Shown here: piece after piece, positions 19,381-30,291 of the stretch
Position numbering within the stretch: position 1 is the first letter of the stretch
How the letters are laid out: every line of letters begins with the position of its first letter
NCBI GenBank assembly: GCA_965207705.1
Contig: OZ242292.1
Coordinates: forward strand, 1,413,913-1,477,912
Reading direction: 5' to 3'
Source of the DNA: Gammaproteobacteria bacterium
Lineage (GTDB): Bacteria; Pseudomonadota; Gammaproteobacteria; CBDBNL01; JAAOII01
DNA: 64,000 nt
Notes under the pieces: model-generated
The model's database searches: none
Seen by the model: only the letters and a program-made list of their open reading frames with translations
Told to the model about the DNA's origin: nothing
Translations under genes and position numbers: made by a program

Positions 19381-21312
19381 ATGAATTATAGTAATTCTCA
19401 CAGCAATAAAAGGAAAGTATCTAAAGGATCTACCGTCTTAATCTCTTTATCAAAAAGAATTTTAGCTAATTGGGGCTCACTTTATAATTTTGTGCGACGC
19501 TTCTATCATTTTATGAGTGCGTTGGAACCTAATATTCGCATGAAAATTTTTGTGTCTCATGCGATAGGAATCATATCTAACATGGTGTTTTTGGTGGGTT
19601 CACTTGTAATAGTTCCTTTTATTAACTACGTCATTGCCCCTGAGAGTAGTTTAAATAATAAATGGTTGGGTAGGTTCCACGATACGGTAACCCAATGGAC
19701 TGATATTGATTTTGCAATTATTTTGGGGTTCGGCTCAGTCATCGCGCTAATTATTGCGCGAGGAGGGCATATTTTGGGGCAATACATAGGAGCGTTAATT
19801 AATATGCAATTGAATGTTTATTATACTACCAAGCTTTTCCATTATTATATTCATAATAGCGCGCTTGATTCTCAAGCAACAACTTCAGAGATAGTTAATG
19901 CTATTAATAATCGTTTGCCAGGAATAATAAGTGGGTTTATCAATCCGGTTTTTTCGTTAATTAATACCTTCTTTTTTTTGGGCACAGGATTAGTTATTTT
20001 ATACTTGCTTGAACCATGGCTATTATTGTTCGCTGTAGGATTAGTTGTTTTATTATTAACTTTTTCAATTAGCGCCACGCGCCAACGGATTAATCGTTAT
20101 AGTGATGAGATAAATCAATTAAATCTGACGCAACAGCGGCGCTTATTAAATTCTATAGGGGCGCGAGAGTATATTCAAATGATAGGCAAACAAAATGTCT
20201 TTTCTAAAAATTTTGCTATAGTGAAGAAGCAATTGGACAATAATAATCTTAAACTTGGTGTGATTGGTATGCTTTTTGCCCCGTTGGGAGAAATGATGAT
20301 TTATGCTTTTATGGTATTTGTTTCGCTTTATATAATAGTTTTTACTGAGCAGAGTAATATCCAGTTAGCAACTGCATTCTTAATCATTATCTATCGCATG
20401 TTTCCACAGGTTACAAATCTATTCAATACTTATATATCAATTAGAGGGGGGGTGATTATATACGATTCGGTCTCGCGAGAACTTCTTCAAGCGATGGTCG
20501 CTAAAGTATCTTATGAGCCGCATATTCGCAATCCTTTGCCGTTTGTTAAGAGTATAAAACTGAAAAATGTGTCATACCACTATGCGCAACAAAAACCACA
20601 AGAAGCGGTGCTTAAGAAGGTTAACCTGGAGATACCCTGCGGTAAGAAAATAGGCATTTGCGGTTTATCCGGTAGCGGTAAAACAACTCTATTAAGAATG
20701 ATAACTGGTAGAATATCTCCTCGCTCAGGCGAAGTTACAGTTGATGGCAATCCATTAAAAGGGCACAAGACCATTCGTAGATGGCAGGATTCCATAGGGT
20801 ATGTTTCACAAAACCTAGTCCTTATTGAGAGAAGTATAGCTGATAATATTACTCTTGCAATTGATGATGAAGAGGTTGATGAAAAACAGCTACGAAAATC
20901 CATGAAGATGGCAGAGGCATCTAAGTTTGTTAGCAAAATGCCGCAAAAAGAACATACCCAGGCGGGGGAGGCAGGCAGCAGCATGAGCGGCGGCCAAAGA
21001 CAGCGAATTGTTATAGCGCGCGCTCTTTATTACAAACCATCGTTGCTGATATTTGATGAAGCAACTAGTTCTTTGGATAAGAGCACAGAAAGTAAAATAC
21101 TGAATAATATTTCAGAAGATAAGACGCTCAATGAGACATTTATTTTTGTTACTCATCGTTTGGATACCATAAAGCACTGCGATTTAATTATTTTGTTGGA
21201 TGCAGGGAGAGTCAAGGCAAAGGGAACTTATCAGGATTTAATTAACTTGCCTGAATTTCGTAAACTCACAGGAGATGCTGAAAATGATGCAAGTAAAGAA
21301 AATAAGAAATAA
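19381..21312 (+). CDS. ABC transporter permease/ATPase fusion (PglK/MsbA-like, possibly glycan-related exporter)
   Basis: N-terminal TM domain; Walker A GLSGSGKTT, signature MSGGQRQR, Walker B LLIFDEATSSLD; adjacent GT2 gene. Confidence 0.85.
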   Translation: MNYSNSHSNKRKVSKGSTVLISLSKRILANWGSLYNFVRRFYHFMSALEPNIRMKIFVSHAIGIISNMVFLVGSLVIVPFINYVIAPESSLNNKWLGRFHDTVTQWTDIDFAIILGFGSVIALIIARGGHILGQYIGALINMQLNVYYTTKLFHYYIHNSALDSQATTSEIVNAINNRLPGIISGFINPVFSLINTFFFLGTGLVILYLLEPWLLLFAVGLVVLLLTFSISATRQRINRYSDEINQLNLTQQRRLLNSIGAREYIQMIGKQNVFSKNFAIVKKQLDNNNLKLGVIGMLFAPLGEMMIYAFMVFVSLYIIVFTEQSNIQLATAFLIIIYRMFPQVTNLFNTYISIRGGVIIYDSVSRELLQAMVAKVSYEPHIRNPLPFVKSIKLKNVSYHYAQQKPQEAVLKKVNLEIPCGKKIGICGLSGSGKTTLLRMITGRISPRSGEVTVDGNPLKGHKTIRRWQDSIGYVSQNLVLIERSIADNITLAIDDEEVDEKQLRKSMKMAEASKFVSKMPQKEHTQAGEAGSSMSGGQRQRIVIARALYYKPSLLIFDEATSSLDKSTESKILNNISEDKTLNETFIFVTHRLDTIKHCDLIILLDAGRVKAKGTYQDLINLPEFRKLTGDAENDASKENKK

Positions 21313-21314
21313 TA

Positions 21315-22145
21315 TTACGCCATTCTCCGTTGCCGTAAAAAAACTATATAAAAAACCTTCATTAATGAGGCAGGTAGTAGACGGGGCGGTAATCTTAATG
21401 CCATGTTTCGCAGGTATTCCATATTAGTAATATATCCGCGTCTTCTTATGGTGTTTTGAAAAGTAATTTCTTGCCTAATTGCAAACCAACCACGGCGACG
21501 TTCGTAAGAATGCTTATTGGTTCTAACATAGCCCACAGATTGAGAAAGGTTTCTAAAAATTGCTCCCGCTTTAATCATTTTAAACCATAAAAGATAATCC
21601 TCATGAGTTACGAGCGATTCGTAGCCACCAACCTCCAATACCTTTTGCTTACGAAATATTACCGAGCAATTATTAATTGAGCATCTGAGTTTCATCATTT
21701 TTACGATTTCTGCATGCTTCAAGGGGAGTGGATTAACCGCAAATATCTGTTGCGGTTCTTGTGCGAATTCTGGTAGATAACCTCCTAGTACATCTAATTC
21801 CTGCTGTTCTTCTAAGATTTTTTTTTGGATTGCAAATCTATTTTCGTCTGCTATGTCATCTGCATCTAACCTTGCTACCCATTCATAAGAACATTTATTT
21901 AATCCTGCTTGAGCTGCTTTGCCAGGACCTTGATTTTTTTCAAGTTTGACAATATTTATGGGTAGTTTTTCTTTCCACCTAACTATGCTTTCATTAAGTT
22001 CGGCAGTTAGCTTTCCATCCTCAACAAGCACCAATTCATCTATATGTTCTTTTTGCTTATAAACACTTTCCATACACTGCTCAAACCACACAGGATTTAT
22101 GCCGTGATATACCGTTACAAGTAAAGAAATTCTGATGCTTTGCAT
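21315..22145 (-). CDS. Glycosyltransferase family 2 (AmsE-like)
   Basis: LVEDG, ARLDADD DxD motif, VGGY, EDYLLW. Confidence 0.92.
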   Translation of the reverse strand: MQSIRISLLVTVYHGINPVWFEQCMESVYKQKEHIDELVLVEDGKLTAELNESIVRWKEKLPINIVKLEKNQGPGKAAQAGLNKCSYEWVARLDADDIADENRFAIQKKILEEQQELDVLGGYLPEFAQEPQQIFAVNPLPLKHAEIVKMMKLRCSINNCSVIFRKQKVLEVGGYESLVTHEDYLLWFKMIKAGAIFRNLSQSVGYVRTNKHSYERRRGWFAIRQEITFQNTIRRRGYITNMEYLRNMALRLPPRLLPASLMKVFYIVFLRQRRMA

Positions 22146-22232
22146 TATCCATTATTATAAATTAATTACTGTGGCAAATTATTGATTGTAAGGCGTATGA
22201 TGTGGTAAGATAAATACCCATGGAATATTACA

Positions 22233-22748
22233 ATGCATAGTTTTACTAAAAAATCATCCTATACTTACGAGGATCTCTTAGATTGTAGCGAGAACAAGCT
22301 GTTTGGCGTTGGTAATCCTCAATTACCCAAGCCAAATATGCTGATGATGGATCGCGTCACAGAAATTAATGAGAAAGGTGGTGATTTTGGCAATGGCGAG
22401 GCAATCGCTGAGCTTGATATTAATAAGGATCTATGGTTTTTTTCCTGCCATTTTGCGGGTGACCCAGTTATGCCTGGCTGTCTCGGGCTGGATGGCTTAT
22501 GGCAATTGCTTGGCTTTTACCTTGGTTGGTGCGGTTATCAAGGCAAGGGTAGGGCTTTGGGTAGTGGCAAGGTTAAGTTCACAGGGCAGATTCTGCCAGG
22601 TGTCAAGAAAGTGAGATACCATCTTAATATGCAAAAAATTGTTAAACTATCCACCATAATGGGCATAGCCACTGGCTATGTTTATGCAGATGATAACAAA
22701 GTATATACTGCATCAGAATTAAAAGTTGGGCTATTTACTGATTTATAA
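22233..22748 (+). CDS. fabA: 3-hydroxyacyl-ACP dehydratase/isomerase FabA
   Basis: [36 protein letters not shown]. Confidence 0.98.
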   Translation: MHSFTKKSSYTYEDLLDCSENKLFGVGNPQLPKPNMLMMDRVTEINEKGGDFGNGEAIAELDINKDLWFFSCHFAGDPVMPGCLGLDGLWQLLGFYLGWCGYQGKGRALGSGKVKFTGQILPGVKKVRYHLNMQKIVKLSTIMGIATGYVYADDNKVYTASELKVGLFTDL

Positions 22749-22756
22749 TAATTAAT

Positions 22757-23977
22757 ATGACAGAATTAAAACGAGTCGCGGTTACAGGTATGGGGATAAT
22801 CTCTAATATAGGTTATGGTATACGTGATGTTTTGCAATCCTTACAAGAAGGACGTTCGGGTATAAAGCACAATCCTACATACCAAGAAATGGGATTGCGT
22901 AGTTGGGTTAGTGGCTCCATTGACTTGGATGCATCTCTTCATATTCCCCGCAAGAAACTGAGATTTATGGCAGATGCCGCTATTTTTGCTTACATATCAC
23001 TTAAGCAAGCAATTGAAGATGCGGGCTTGTTGCCAGCGCAGATTTCAAATCCTTTAACTGGTCTTATTGCTGGTTCTGGCGGAGCTTCTTCGGCTAACCA
23101 GGTGGAAGCTGCGGATATTTTAAGAAAAGATGGCATAAGGAAGCTGGGTCCATATAGAGTTACCCGTTGTATGGGCAGCACAGTTTCTGCCTGTTTAGCA
23201 GAACCCTTTGATATAAAAGGTATGAATATGTCTATCAGTTCGGCGTGCGCAACTTCAGCGCACTGCATAATGATGGCGGCAGATCAAATTCGGCTCGGCA
23301 ATCAACAAATTATGTTTGCTGGTGGCGGCGAGGAAGAACATTGGACTACAAGTTCACTTTTTGATGCTATGGGAGCGCTATCCAGTGGATATAATGATAA
23401 GCCAACTAAGGCATCTCGTCCCTGGGATGAGGATCGCGATGGGTTTGTTATTGCTGGTGGTGGCGGATTTTTAGTGTTAGAAGAGATGGGGAACGCCATT
23501 AAACGTGGCGCAAAGATTTATGCCGAGCTTGCTAACTATTGTGCCACTTCTGATGGCGAGGGTGGTATAGTTGCTCCTGCTGGAGATGGTTCTATCCGCT
23601 GTATGACAAAAACCATCAAAGGGGTTGATAAAATAGATTATATAAATGCTCACGCTACCAGCACCCCAGTTGGAGACAATGCTGAGTTTAAAGCAATCAG
23701 TCAAGTTTTTGCCGATCAAAATATTCCGGTCAGTTCTACCAAATCTCAAACGGGACATTCACTAGGTGCTGCTGGAGTTCAAGAAAGTATCTATTCATTA
23801 TTAATGATGGAAAATGATTTTATAGCAAAGACGCTCAACTTAGAAAATCCTCCCGAACATACAGGAGTTAATCTAATTAGAGAAAACCAAACCGCGGTCA
23901 AACTAAAGCACATTATTTCCAATGCTTTTGGCTTTGGCGGAACCAATTCGTGTTTGCTGTTTAGTAAGCCAGCATAA
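22757..23977 (+). CDS. fabB: 3-oxoacyl-ACP synthase I FabB
   Basis: [42 protein letters not shown]; downstream of fabA. Confidence 0.97.
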   Translation: MTELKRVAVTGMGIISNIGYGIRDVLQSLQEGRSGIKHNPTYQEMGLRSWVSGSIDLDASLHIPRKKLRFMADAAIFAYISLKQAIEDAGLLPAQISNPLTGLIAGSGGASSANQVEAADILRKDGIRKLGPYRVTRCMGSTVSACLAEPFDIKGMNMSISSACATSAHCIMMAADQIRLGNQQIMFAGGGEEEHWTTSSLFDAMGALSSGYNDKPTKASRPWDEDRDGFVIAGGGGFLVLEEMGNAIKRGAKIYAELANYCATSDGEGGIVAPAGDGSIRCMTKTIKGVDKIDYINAHATSTPVGDNAEFKAISQVFADQNIPVSSTKSQTGHSLGAAGVQESIYSLLMMENDFIAKTLNLENPPEHTGVNLIRENQTAVKLKHIISNAFGFGGTNSCLLFSKPA

Positions 23978-24008
23978 TTAATTGAAATAAATCACTAATA
24001 TAAGCAAT

Positions 24009-24521
24009 ATGAGTTACAACTCCATTCCCGCTGGCAAATCTTTGCCAGATGATATTAACGTAATAATAGAAATACCCGCCCACAGCACGCCAATTAAATA
24101 TGAAGTTGACAAGGACTTAGATGCCTTAGTGGTAGATAGGTTTATGCCAACCCCGATGTTTTATCCTGCCAATTATGGTTTTGTTCCTAATACTTTGGCA
24201 GATGATGGCGACCCTCTTGATGTTTTAGTCATCACCCCTCATCCTTTATTATCTGGTTGCGTTATCCGTTGTCGTCCAGTTGCGGTCCTGCAGATGGAAG
24301 ATGAAAGTGGCATGGATGAAAAGATTGTCGCAGTTCCTCATAGCAAACTTACTCCTATTTATAATGATATTAATGATGTGGGAGACCTGCCACAACTGCT
24401 CAAAGAGCAGATTAATCATTTCTTTGAAAACTACAAGAAACTTGAAAAGGACAAGTGGGTTAAGGTGGACAAATGGGCGGATAAAAAAACCGCATTAGAA
24501 ATGATACAAAAAGCCCTATAA
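24009..24521 (+). CDS. ppa: Inorganic pyrophosphatase
   Basis: IKYEVDK, YPANYG, DGDPLDV, HFFENYK. Confidence 0.98.
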   Translation: MSYNSIPAGKSLPDDINVIIEIPAHSTPIKYEVDKDLDALVVDRFMPTPMFYPANYGFVPNTLADDGDPLDVLVITPHPLLSGCVIRCRPVAVLQMEDESGMDEKIVAVPHSKLTPIYNDINDVGDLPQLLKEQINHFFENYKKLEKDKWVKVDKWADKKTALEMIQKAL

Positions 24522-24565
24522 AAGCTACACTTTATAGGCAACGATTTTCTATAATCTTATAAATT

Positions 24566-26371
24566 ATGGGCGTTAAGCAAACCCCTTTGCAACACTTGCG
24601 CAATGTTGCTATTATTGCTCATATAGACCACGGCAAGTCAACTCTTGCAGACCGTTTTATTCAAGAATGTGGCGGACTTAGTGAGAGAGAGATGAAAGAC
24701 CAGGTTCTGGATTCTATGGAGATTGAACGAGAACGTGGTATAACCATTAAAGCTCAAAGTGTTACTTTAGCGTATTCTGCAGATGATGGTAATGATTATG
24801 TTATCAATTTCATTGACACTCCAGGGCATGTTGATTTTTCTTATGAAGTATCCAGGTCACTAAACGCTTGCGAGGGAGCTGTTTTGTTAGTGGATGCATC
24901 TCAAGGAGTGGAAGCGCAAACCCTTGCTACAACCTATACCGCTGTGGAGCAGGGGGTTGAAATGGTGCCTGTCCTAAATAAAATTGATTTACCTCAGGCA
25001 GAACCAGAGCGTGTTACCGCAGAAATTGAGGAGTTGGTGGGGTTGCCAGCAAAAGAGTGCTTAACTGTCAGCGCTAAAAAAGGGACGGGAGTTCATCAAC
25101 TTTTAGAGGCGCTTATAGAGAGAATACCCGCTCCTAGCGGAGATAGAGAATCCCCTCTTAGAGCGCTAATCATAGATTCCTGGTTTGATAATTACATGGG
25201 TGTGGTATCTTTGGTGCGAGTAATGGAAGGTAGAATTACCAAAGGTTCTAGGGTTGAGATTGCCTCAAAAGGTACTCGCCATCGCGTAGAACAACTTGGA
25301 GTTTTTACTCCACATCGTCATGAATGTGATTCATTAGAGGCAGGAGAGGTTGGTTATGTTTCCATGGCCATCAAAGATATTAAGGGCGCTCCAGTTGGAG
25401 ACACTGTTACTGATAACAGCGAAACAAAACCCTTGCCTGGCTTTCGCCGAGTGCAACCGCGTATTTTTGCTGGACTTTTCCCAGTGGATGGTCAACAGTT
25501 CCCCGCTTTTCGTGAATGTCTTGGCAAACTAGCGCTTAATGATGCTTCATTAACCTACGAACCAATCCAATCATCAGCATTGGGCTCAGGTTTTCGTGTT
25601 GGCTTATTGGGATTATTACATTTGGATATAGTGCGTGAAAGATTAGAGCGAGAATATGGACTTAATCTAGTGGCGACTGCGCCAACTGTTATTTATCAAG
25701 CACAACTTAAAAATGGCAAGTCGGTTAAGGTTGAATCACCTGAAGAAATGCCATCCCCAACAGAATTAGAGATAATTGAAGAACCCATCGCCAATACCAC
25801 CATACTTCTACCTAATAAATATTTAGGAGCAGTATTAGAATTATGTGAAAAAAAGCGCGGCATACAAAAGAAGATGCTGCATCAAGGAGGGGGACAAGTA
25901 TCATTGGAATATGAAATTCCGCTTAGTGAACTAATGACCGATTTCTTTGATAAGCTAAGTTCAGCTAGTAGCGGCTTTGCTTCTATGGACTATAAAATCA
26001 TAGGTTATCAACAAACACATGTAGTAAAGGTTGATATACTGATTAATGGAGAGCCAGTCGATGCTATGTCTCGGCTTATATATAAGGACCGTGCTGAGGC
26101 GGCGGGGCGTCATTATGCTGAGCAGCTTAAAGAAATAATCCCACGCCAACTTTTTGTGGTGGCAATTCAAGCAGCGGTAGGAGGCAAAATTATTGCTCGC
26201 AGCACTGTTAGCGCTATGGGCAAGAATGTTACTGCCAAATGTTATGGGGGAGATATAACTCGTAAGAAGAAACTACTGGAAAAACAGAAGAAAGGTAAAA
26301 AACGTATGAAGCAAATAGGAAAAGTAACTTTGCCTTCTGCTGCTTTTGCCACTATTCTTGGCGCTGACTAA
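24566..26371 (+). CDS. lepA: Elongation factor 4 (LepA)
   Basis: [48 protein letters not shown]. Confidence 0.99.
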   Translation: MGVKQTPLQHLRNVAIIAHIDHGKSTLADRFIQECGGLSEREMKDQVLDSMEIERERGITIKAQSVTLAYSADDGNDYVINFIDTPGHVDFSYEVSRSLNACEGAVLLVDASQGVEAQTLATTYTAVEQGVEMVPVLNKIDLPQAEPERVTAEIEELVGLPAKECLTVSAKKGTGVHQLLEALIERIPAPSGDRESPLRALIIDSWFDNYMGVVSLVRVMEGRITKGSRVEIASKGTRHRVEQLGVFTPHRHECDSLEAGEVGYVSMAIKDIKGAPVGDTVTDNSETKPLPGFRRVQPRIFAGLFPVDGQQFPAFRECLGKLALNDASLTYEPIQSSALGSGFRVGLLGLLHLDIVRERLEREYGLNLVATAPTVIYQAQLKNGKSVKVESPEEMPSPTELEIIEEPIANTTILLPNKYLGAVLELCEKKRGIQKKMLHQGGGQVSLEYEIPLSELMTDFFDKLSSASSGFASMDYKIIGYQQTHVVKVDILINGEPVDAMSRLIYKDRAEAAGRHYAEQLKEIIPRQLFVVAIQAAVGGKIIARSTVSAMGKNVTAKCYGGDITRKKKLLEKQKKGKKRMKQIGKVTLPSAAFATILGAD

Positions 26372-26427
26372 AAATAATTTTTTTTGTGTATAATTAAGGG
26401 TAGTTTAATTATTATTAAAAATTTATT

Positions 26428-27561
26428 ATGGCACAAGTATTATTAAGAGATGTCCATAAATCCTACGATGCGGTTAATGTATTAGACCGCATAAACCTTG
26501 ATATTAATAAAGGAGAATTTGTAGTATTTGTAGGCCCCTCAGGATGCGGTAAGTCAACTCTGTTGCGTCTTATCGCAGGCCTCAGCGAGGTAACCGATGG
26601 TGAAATATCCATTGGCAACCAAAAGGTAAATGACCTTCCGCCCGCGGAAAGAAAAATAGCAATGGTGTTTCAATCTTATGCTTTATATCCCCACATGACT
26701 GTTGCAGAAAATATGGGATTTAGCTTGCGAATGGCAAAGGAGAAGAAAGAAACAATTAAGAATAAGGTTACTAGCGCTGCTAATATTCTGCAGTTAGAAA
26801 AATTGTTAGAGCGGAAGCCCAAAGCATTATCTGGCGGGCAAAGACAACGGGTGGCAATTGGACGCGCCATAGTGCGCGAGCCGCAGGTATTTCTATTTGA
26901 TGAACCCCTATCCAATTTAGATGCGGAGTTAAGGGTGGAAATGCGAGTGCAAATTGCCAAGCTTCATCAACAGCTTAAAACCACGATGATTTATGTAACG
27001 CATGACCAGGTTGAAGCAATGACTATGGCGGATAAAATAGTTGTCCTAAATGGAGGGCACCTGCAACAAGTGGGCAGTCCGTTAGAACTTTATCATTATC
27101 CTACCAACCTCTTTGTTGCAGGTTTCATAGGTTCCCCCAAGATTAATTTCATTGACGCCACCTGCATTAAGTCGGGGGATAAATCTATTGAAGTGGAAGT
27201 TGCAGGTAACACAGTTAAACTCCCTTTAACCACAACTAAAGAAAGCGGAGCAATTGGTAAAGGACAGAAGTTAATTCTGGGTGTCAGACCTAAAAATATC
27301 CAAATTTCATCTGGTGGCAAGGATTGGATTAAATTCAAAGTCAAAACAGAAGTGGTTGAAAGGTTAGGAGGTATTTCTTATGCCTATACCAGATTAGAAG
27401 GCAATGCTAATAATTTGATTGTTGAGATTCTAGATGATGCGGATATAGCTATTGGTAGCAATCTCAATGTTGCTATAGATCCTGTTGATTGTTATTTATT
27501 TACTGAAGCAGGTGTGGCACTACAAAGGTTAACAAAATTTAATACTTACGGCAAACATTAA
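26428..27561 (+). CDS. Carbohydrate ABC transporter ATP-binding protein (MalK/MsmX/UgpC family)
   Basis: [41 protein letters not shown]. Confidence 0.96.
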   Translation: MAQVLLRDVHKSYDAVNVLDRINLDINKGEFVVFVGPSGCGKSTLLRLIAGLSEVTDGEISIGNQKVNDLPPAERKIAMVFQSYALYPHMTVAENMGFSLRMAKEKKETIKNKVTSAANILQLEKLLERKPKALSGGQRQRVAIGRAIVREPQVFLFDEPLSNLDAELRVEMRVQIAKLHQQLKTTMIYVTHDQVEAMTMADKIVVLNGGHLQQVGSPLELYHYPTNLFVAGFIGSPKINFIDATCIKSGDKSIEVEVAGNTVKLPLTTTKESGAIGKGQKLILGVRPKNIQISSGGKDWIKFKVKTEVVERLGGISYAYTRLEGNANNLIVEILDDADIAIGSNLNVAIDPVDCYLFTEAGVALQRLTKFNTYGKH

Positions 27562-27564
27562 TTA

Positions 27565-28875
27565 ATGTTTCGGCTTTGTTTCATAGGAGCAGGCAGCTCC
27601 GTTTTTGCCCAGAATCTGCTGGTGGATATTTTGCAGAATCCACAGTTTAATGATATTGATATTTCATTGCATGATATTGATGCTGAACGGCTCGCCACAT
27701 CGCAAAAAATGACGGAAAATCTTATCCAGCAATTGAAACTGTCAGCGAAAGTTACCTCTTATGAAAACCGCAAAGATGCGCTAAAGGACGCAAATTATGT
27801 AGTTACCATGATGCAAGTAGGGGGGTATAAGCCATGTACTGTATTAGATTTTGAAGTCCCTAAAAAATACGGTTTGCGTCAGACGATTGCAGATACTCTT
27901 GGAATTGGTGGCATAATGCGCGCACTGCGCACTATTCCTGTGATACTTGACATAGCCAGAGATATGCAGGAGATATGTCCTGATGCCTATCTTTTGAACT
28001 ATGTTAACCCCATGGCAATGTTGCAGATGGCGCTTCATCGTGAATTTCCACAACTTAAAACCTTAGGGCTATGTCATAGTATCCGCTACACGATTCAAGA
28101 TATTGCTGCGGACTTAAAAATGAAGCCAGAAGATATTACTTTTACCTGCGCCGGCATAAATCATATAGCATTTTATTTAACTCTTAAAGATATCAAGAGC
28201 GGTGAATCACTTTATCCGCGACTGCGGCAAGTTGAGGCAGCAGCTACCTATCCGCCAAGCAACAAAGTGCGCTATGAGATGCTAAAGAGATTTGGCTATT
28301 TTGTAACCGAGTCCAGCGAGCATTTTTCCGAGTATGTCTCTTGGTTCATAAAGAATAACCGCCCCGAACTCATCCAGGAATTTAATATTCCTTTGGACGA
28401 ATATATAAGAAGATGCGAAGAGCAATCACAGGATTGGCAAGATATGAGATTGCGACTGGAAGACCCCAACAATGAATTTAAGATTGAACGTAGTGTTGAA
28501 TATGTGGAGGATATTCTTGCCGCCCTTGAGCTTAATAATCCTGTAGAAATTCATGCTAATGTTTCAAATCATCAAGGGTTAATTACCAACCTGCCAAACG
28601 ATTGCTGCGTGGAAGTGGCGTGCCGCATTGATAAAAATGGAATTGATGAACAGCGGGTCGGCAACCTGCCTATTCATCTTGCCGCCCTCATGCAAACCAA
28701 TATCAATGTCCAAAAGTTAACTGTTGAAGCAGCGCTTAGTCGCAAAAAAGAATACATCTATCATGCTGCAGCGCTTGACCCCCACACAGCAGCCGAGCTT
28801 AATCTTACGCAAATATGGAAAATGGTGGATGAGTTATTACTGCAACACAAGGACTGGCTACCGCAGTATTCGTAA
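27565..28875 (+). CDS. melA: GH4 alpha-galactosidase (MelA-like)
   Basis: IGAGSSVF NAD-binding start, QTIADTLGIGG, LNYVNPM, GLCHS, GINH, TESSEH, DPHTAA. Confidence 0.9.
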   Translation: MFRLCFIGAGSSVFAQNLLVDILQNPQFNDIDISLHDIDAERLATSQKMTENLIQQLKLSAKVTSYENRKDALKDANYVVTMMQVGGYKPCTVLDFEVPKKYGLRQTIADTLGIGGIMRALRTIPVILDIARDMQEICPDAYLLNYVNPMAMLQMALHREFPQLKTLGLCHSIRYTIQDIAADLKMKPEDITFTCAGINHIAFYLTLKDIKSGESLYPRLRQVEAAATYPPSNKVRYEMLKRFGYFVTESSEHFSEYVSWFIKNNRPELIQEFNIPLDEYIRRCEEQSQDWQDMRLRLEDPNNEFKIERSVEYVEDILAALELNNPVEIHANVSNHQGLITNLPNDCCVEVACRIDKNGIDEQRVGNLPIHLAALMQTNINVQKLTVEAALSRKKEYIYHAAALDPHTAAELNLTQIWKMVDELLLQHKDWLPQYS

Positions 28876-29000
28876 CATAGCTCGTAACATAGATATAGTA
28901 TAGCCATAATCACTAAATATTAAATAATTATTTTTTATGGTCTGTTGCATGTTTTTATGTATAATCAAACTACTATTATTTAACTAAATATTTTAATATT

Positions 29001-30215
29001 ATGAAAAAATTGACATTATTTTTAGTATCCGCTTTTTTTGCCGTTAATGTGTACGCAGGTGAATTGGTAATAAATGCAGATACTTCGGATCCTGATCCTA
29101 AGAAGGCAGTTCAAGCTTTAGTTAAGAAGTTTGAAGCAGCCCACCCAGACATCAAGGTCAAATTGAACATCTATGACCACGAGGCGTATAAAACAGCGTT
29201 GCGTAATTGGTTGGTAACAGCGCCACCTGATGTTATATATTGGTATGCTGGCAATCGTATGAAGCAATTTGTAGACCTTGGTCTTTTGGAAGATGTAAGT
29301 GATGTATGGGCTGCTAACCGTCTTGAATCAAAAATGCCAGCTGCTAGCGCTTCCATGACTATTGATGGTAAGAAATGGGGCGTGCCTTATACTTACTATA
29401 ATTGGGGTATCTATTATCGCAAAGATATTTTTGACAAATACGGCATTAAGACACCCAAGACCTGGGAAGATTTTTTGGCGGCATGTGCTACTTTAAAGAA
29501 AAATGGCGTCACTCCTATCACCATAGGCACCAAATACCTATGGACAGCTGGCGGGTGGTTTGACTATCTTAATATGCGTGTCAATGGATATGATTTCCAT
29601 ATTGACCTCATGGATGGCAAGATACCTTATACAGATAAAAGAGTTCGCAACACCTTTAAGCATTGGGCTCAATTGGTTGAACCAGGATACTTCCTGAAAA
29701 ATCATGCTACCTATTCATGGCAAGAAGCGCAACCTTTTATGTATCGTGGTGAGGCAGCTATGTATCTGATTGGCAACTTCATAACTCCGCAATTTCCGGA
29801 TAATGTGAAATCCAAGATGAGTTTCTTTCAATTCCCGGTAATCACACCAGGACTTGAGTTGGGTGAAGATGCTCCTACAGATACGGTGCATATTCCTGCG
29901 CGCGCTAAAAATAAAGAGGATGCCAAGAAGTTCTTAGCATTTATTGCTCGCGCTGATGTTCAAACAGACATTAATAAAATTCTGTTGCAACTTCCCACCA
30001 ATAAGAGAGCTAAGGTTGTTAAGGATCCTTTCCTTGATATAGCAAAGAAAATGCTACCTAAAGCCAAGACCGCTCAGTTCTATGATAGAGATACTGATCC
30101 AGATATGGCTAAGGAAGGAATGAAAGGATTTCAGGAGTTTATGGTTAAGCCAGATCGTCTTGATGCTATTCTCGAACGTTTAGAGAAAACTCGCAAGAGA
30201 ATATTTAAATCTTAG
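29001..30215 (+). CDS. Carbohydrate ABC transporter substrate-binding protein
   Basis: Signal peptide, PYTYYNWGIYYRKDIF, PKTWEDF; located in the sugar cluster. Confidence 0.92.
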   Translation: MKKLTLFLVSAFFAVNVYAGELVINADTSDPDPKKAVQALVKKFEAAHPDIKVKLNIYDHEAYKTALRNWLVTAPPDVIYWYAGNRMKQFVDLGLLEDVSDVWAANRLESKMPAASASMTIDGKKWGVPYTYYNWGIYYRKDIFDKYGIKTPKTWEDFLAACATLKKNGVTPITIGTKYLWTAGGWFDYLNMRVNGYDFHIDLMDGKIPYTDKRVRNTFKHWAQLVEPGYFLKNHATYSWQEAQPFMYRGEAAMYLIGNFITPQFPDNVKSKMSFFQFPVITPGLELGEDAPTDTVHIPARAKNKEDAKKFLAFIARADVQTDINKILLQLPTNKRAKVVKDPFLDIAKKMLPKAKTAQFYDRDTDPDMAKEGMKGFQEFMVKPDRLDAILERLEKTRKRIFKS

Positions 30216-30242
30216 TTTATTCTTTATAGAATATTGAAATTC

Positions 30243-30283
30243 AAAGCGGGCTCAGTAATTTAATTATTGAGCCCGCTTTTTTT
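30243..30283. terminator. Intrinsic, likely bidirectional terminator
   Basis: Stem aaagcgggctcagtaat / attattgagcccgcttt followed by a T-run, between convergent genes. Confidence 0.9.
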
Positions 30284-30291
30284 ATCTTCTT

